A stretch of DNA of 64,000 nt from the NCBI RefSeq assembly GCF_009914755.1, contig NC_060936.1; one strand, written 5' to 3'. Positions 59,917 through 64,000 of this stretch are shown here, in pieces; within the stretch, counting starts at the first letter, position 1, and the number at the start of each line of letters is the position of its first letter. The notes under the pieces are model-generated. The model saw nothing but the letters and a program-made list of their open reading frames with translations. It was not told where the DNA came from and did not search any database. This DNA is from the human T2T-CHM13v2.0 reference genome, Homo sapiens. Position numbers and translations under genes: made by a program.

Positions 59917-60567
59917 TTGATGGAGTGAAGAATTAACCTTGGCCAAAGAGATGGGCATCTGCCTTCAGCTATGAGAACATGATCTCCTGAACTCAAAATG
60001 TCATAGGAGTGTCTTTGTTTGGCTGAAGGCTTTGGCCACTGAACAGTCTAACAATGTGATTTACAGTGGGTGGTTTGGGCCAAGCAGTATCAGTTTTGCC
60101 TCTCGAAGGGGCCAGAAACTAAAACTTTCAGCCCAACACCAACATTCAAAAGGGGTTGGACACTAAAGGTCAGCCATGTAGGGGACAGTATGTAGTCAAG
60201 TCCCACTAAAAACTCTGGACACCAAAGGCTCAAGTGAGCTCCCCTGGCTGGCAATGCTCTGTTCATACTGTCACACATCGATGCCTGGAAAGTGACATAT
60301 CCTGACTCCATGGTGAGGACAACAGAAGCTCTGTCTCTGGTAATTCCCCAGACTCTACCTTACATATTTCTTCTCTTCGCTGAATTTAATCTGTCTCCTT
60401 TTCTTAAAACAAACCATAACTGTGAGTATAACAGCTTTCAATGCATTCTGAGTCTTTCAAGCAAATTGCTGAAGCTGAGGTTGGTTTTGGGAACCCACTA
60501 AACCTGCAATTGATGTCAGAAGTGTGGATTATATTGTGCAGAGAACTGGCTTCCTCTAATCTTGACA
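59917..60567 (+). mobile_element. MER21/MER77-family LTR
   Basis: aaaactctggacaccaaaggctcaagtgagctcccctggctggcaat ... ccataactgtgagtataacagc ... tgatgtcagaagtg. Confidence 0.8.
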
Positions 60568-60958
60568 CTAACAATAGAGTTAGTTAAACTTGCCCACTTT
60601 CCTCCTTTAAATCTACAAAGTCCAAAAAGCTTCGAAAGCTAGCTTACTTTACCACTCAAGTGAACTTACTAACAAAGATCTCACTGTTAAAATTCACTTT
60701 GACTTGATATTTACATATAAATTATATCCCATTGCTTATTTTTTCTCACACAAACAGTAAAAGCCATTCCTTCCCTATTCCCAATAATAGATATAGAAAT
60801 TGTTTTGGGGTTTTTGTTTTGTTTTGGTAAAGTGAATGGTAGTAACATTTAGAAATGAATGAATCACACACAAGTAAAACTTCTAAATATTATTAGTAGT
60901 AGATCTGTCAAGGTCAGATGTTAGAAAATAAACTTCATTAAAAGATGTACTGGTTTTT

Positions 60959-62285
<1,327 letters not shown>

Positions 62286-62478
62286 GATCACAGGCTTCTG
62301 CAAGTCTTATATCAACTTCTCTTTAGTCTTTCACCCTGAAAACAGGAGTCAGTTATGGGCTACGTTTCCTTAACCATATAGACACCAGATTGCTATTCCT
62401 GAAACTGACAATTCTTGTACCCACTCTGAATAACGAATACAAAACAAGGTACTAAGTTGTATGTAAAGAGATCATTTG

Positions 62479-62802
<324 letters not shown>

Positions 62803-62911
62803 TCAACTGCCTACCTCCTGTGAGAAATGAACTCAAATACACAGTAAATTCCTTCCAACTTTTCTTAGGTCTTTTTAAAAGGTGAAAGTAAGTGGTAACT
62901 GCTGCTTCTTT

Positions 62912-63581
62912 TTTCATATTATTATACTTTAAGTTCTGGGGTACATGTGCAGAACGTTCAGGTTTGTTACATAGTTATACACGTGCCATGTTGGTTTCCT
63001 GCACTCATCAACCCATCATCTACATTAGGTATTTCTCCTAATGCTATCCCCACTAGCCCCCCAGCCCCCAACAGGCCCCAGTGTGTGATGCCGCCTACTC
63101 CTGTGTCCATGTGTTCTCACTGTTCAACTCCCACTTGTGAGTGAGAACATGCAGTGGTTGGCTTTCTGTTCCTGTGTTAGTTTGCTAAGAATGATGGTTT
63201 CCAGCTTCATTCATGTCCCTGCCAAGGACATGAATTCATCCTTTTTTATGGCTACATAGTATTCTATGGTGTCTAATGCCACATTTCCTTTATCCAGTCT
63301 ATCACTGATGCACATTTGGGTTGGTTCCAAGTCTTTGCTATTGTGAACAGTGCCACAATAAAGATACATGTGCATGTGTCTTTATAGAGTGATTTATAAT
63401 CCTTTGGGTATATACCCAGTAATGGGATTGCTGGGTCAAATTGTATTTCTAGTTCTAGATCCTTGAGGAATCACCACACTGTCTTCCACAATGGCTAAAC
63501 TAATTTACACTCCCACCAACAATGTAAAAGCATTCCTATTTCTCCACATCCTCTCCAGCATCTGTTGTTTCCTGACTTTTT
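62912..63581 (-). mobile_element. L1PA7/8-like 3' fragment
   Basis: attatactttaagttctggggtacatgtgcagaacg ...; TSD aactgctgcttcttt (62897-62911) / aattgctgcttcttt (63582-63596). Confidence 0.93.
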
Positions 63582-63608
63582 AATTGCTGCTTCTTTAAAC
63601 AGACTTGG

Positions 63609-63910
63609 GGATGGGTGCAGTGGCTCACGTCTGTAATCCCAGTACTTTGGGAGGCCAAGGTGGGTCGCCTGAGCTCAGGAGTTCAAGACCAGCCTGGGAA
63701 AAATGGCAAAACCCCATCTCTACCAAAAAAAAAAAAAAAAAAAACTGCTGGGTGTGGCGGCACAGGCCTGTGGTCCCAGCTACTTGGGAGGCTAAGGTGG
63801 GAGGATGATGTAAGCCTGGGAAGTGGAGGCTGCAGGGAGCCGAGAACGCACCACTGCACTCCAACCTCAGTAACAAACCTGAGACCCAGTGTCAAGAGGA
63901 AAAAAAAAAA
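63609..63910 (+). mobile_element. AluJ
   Basis: Diverged dimer; TSD cagacttgg. Confidence 0.9.
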
Positions 63911-64000
63911 CCAGACTTGGAAAACAACCATATGTTCAGTGCAAAGTCTAAGTATTTGGAATGTGGGGATCATTGAAAAGGAATCTCTTCCAGTAGTTTT

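Overview
AT-rich, CpG-poor primate (human-like) genomic DNA, intronic or intergenic. There is no CpG island, no recognisable protein-coding exon and no rRNA, tRNA or CRISPR feature. Much of the window is interspersed repeat: about 24 Alus (J, S and Y types, many with clear target-site duplications, TSDs), L1 fragments of several ages, L2 and MIR relics, about 10 solo LTRs and some DNA transposons. Nearly all ORFs in the track are repeat-derived or chance. The main non-repeat signal is a set of minus-strand splice-site-bounded segments. A 255-nt exon-like segment (3780-3526) would splice in phase to a strong acceptor at 486, giving a 58-aa hydrophobic micro-ORF followed by ATTAAA. Nine of ten LTRs lie on the + strand, as expected if the region is transcribed from the - strand. 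I cannot name the host gene or lncRNA. The clearest mechanistic findings are retrotransposition fossils: a twin-primed L1 with a likely 3' transduction, a four-element nest inside one TSD, an Alu inside an Alu, and a re-used endonuclease site. Subfamily calls come from remembered consensus motifs and boundaries of old repeats are approximate. I see no firm evidence of a novel biological system.
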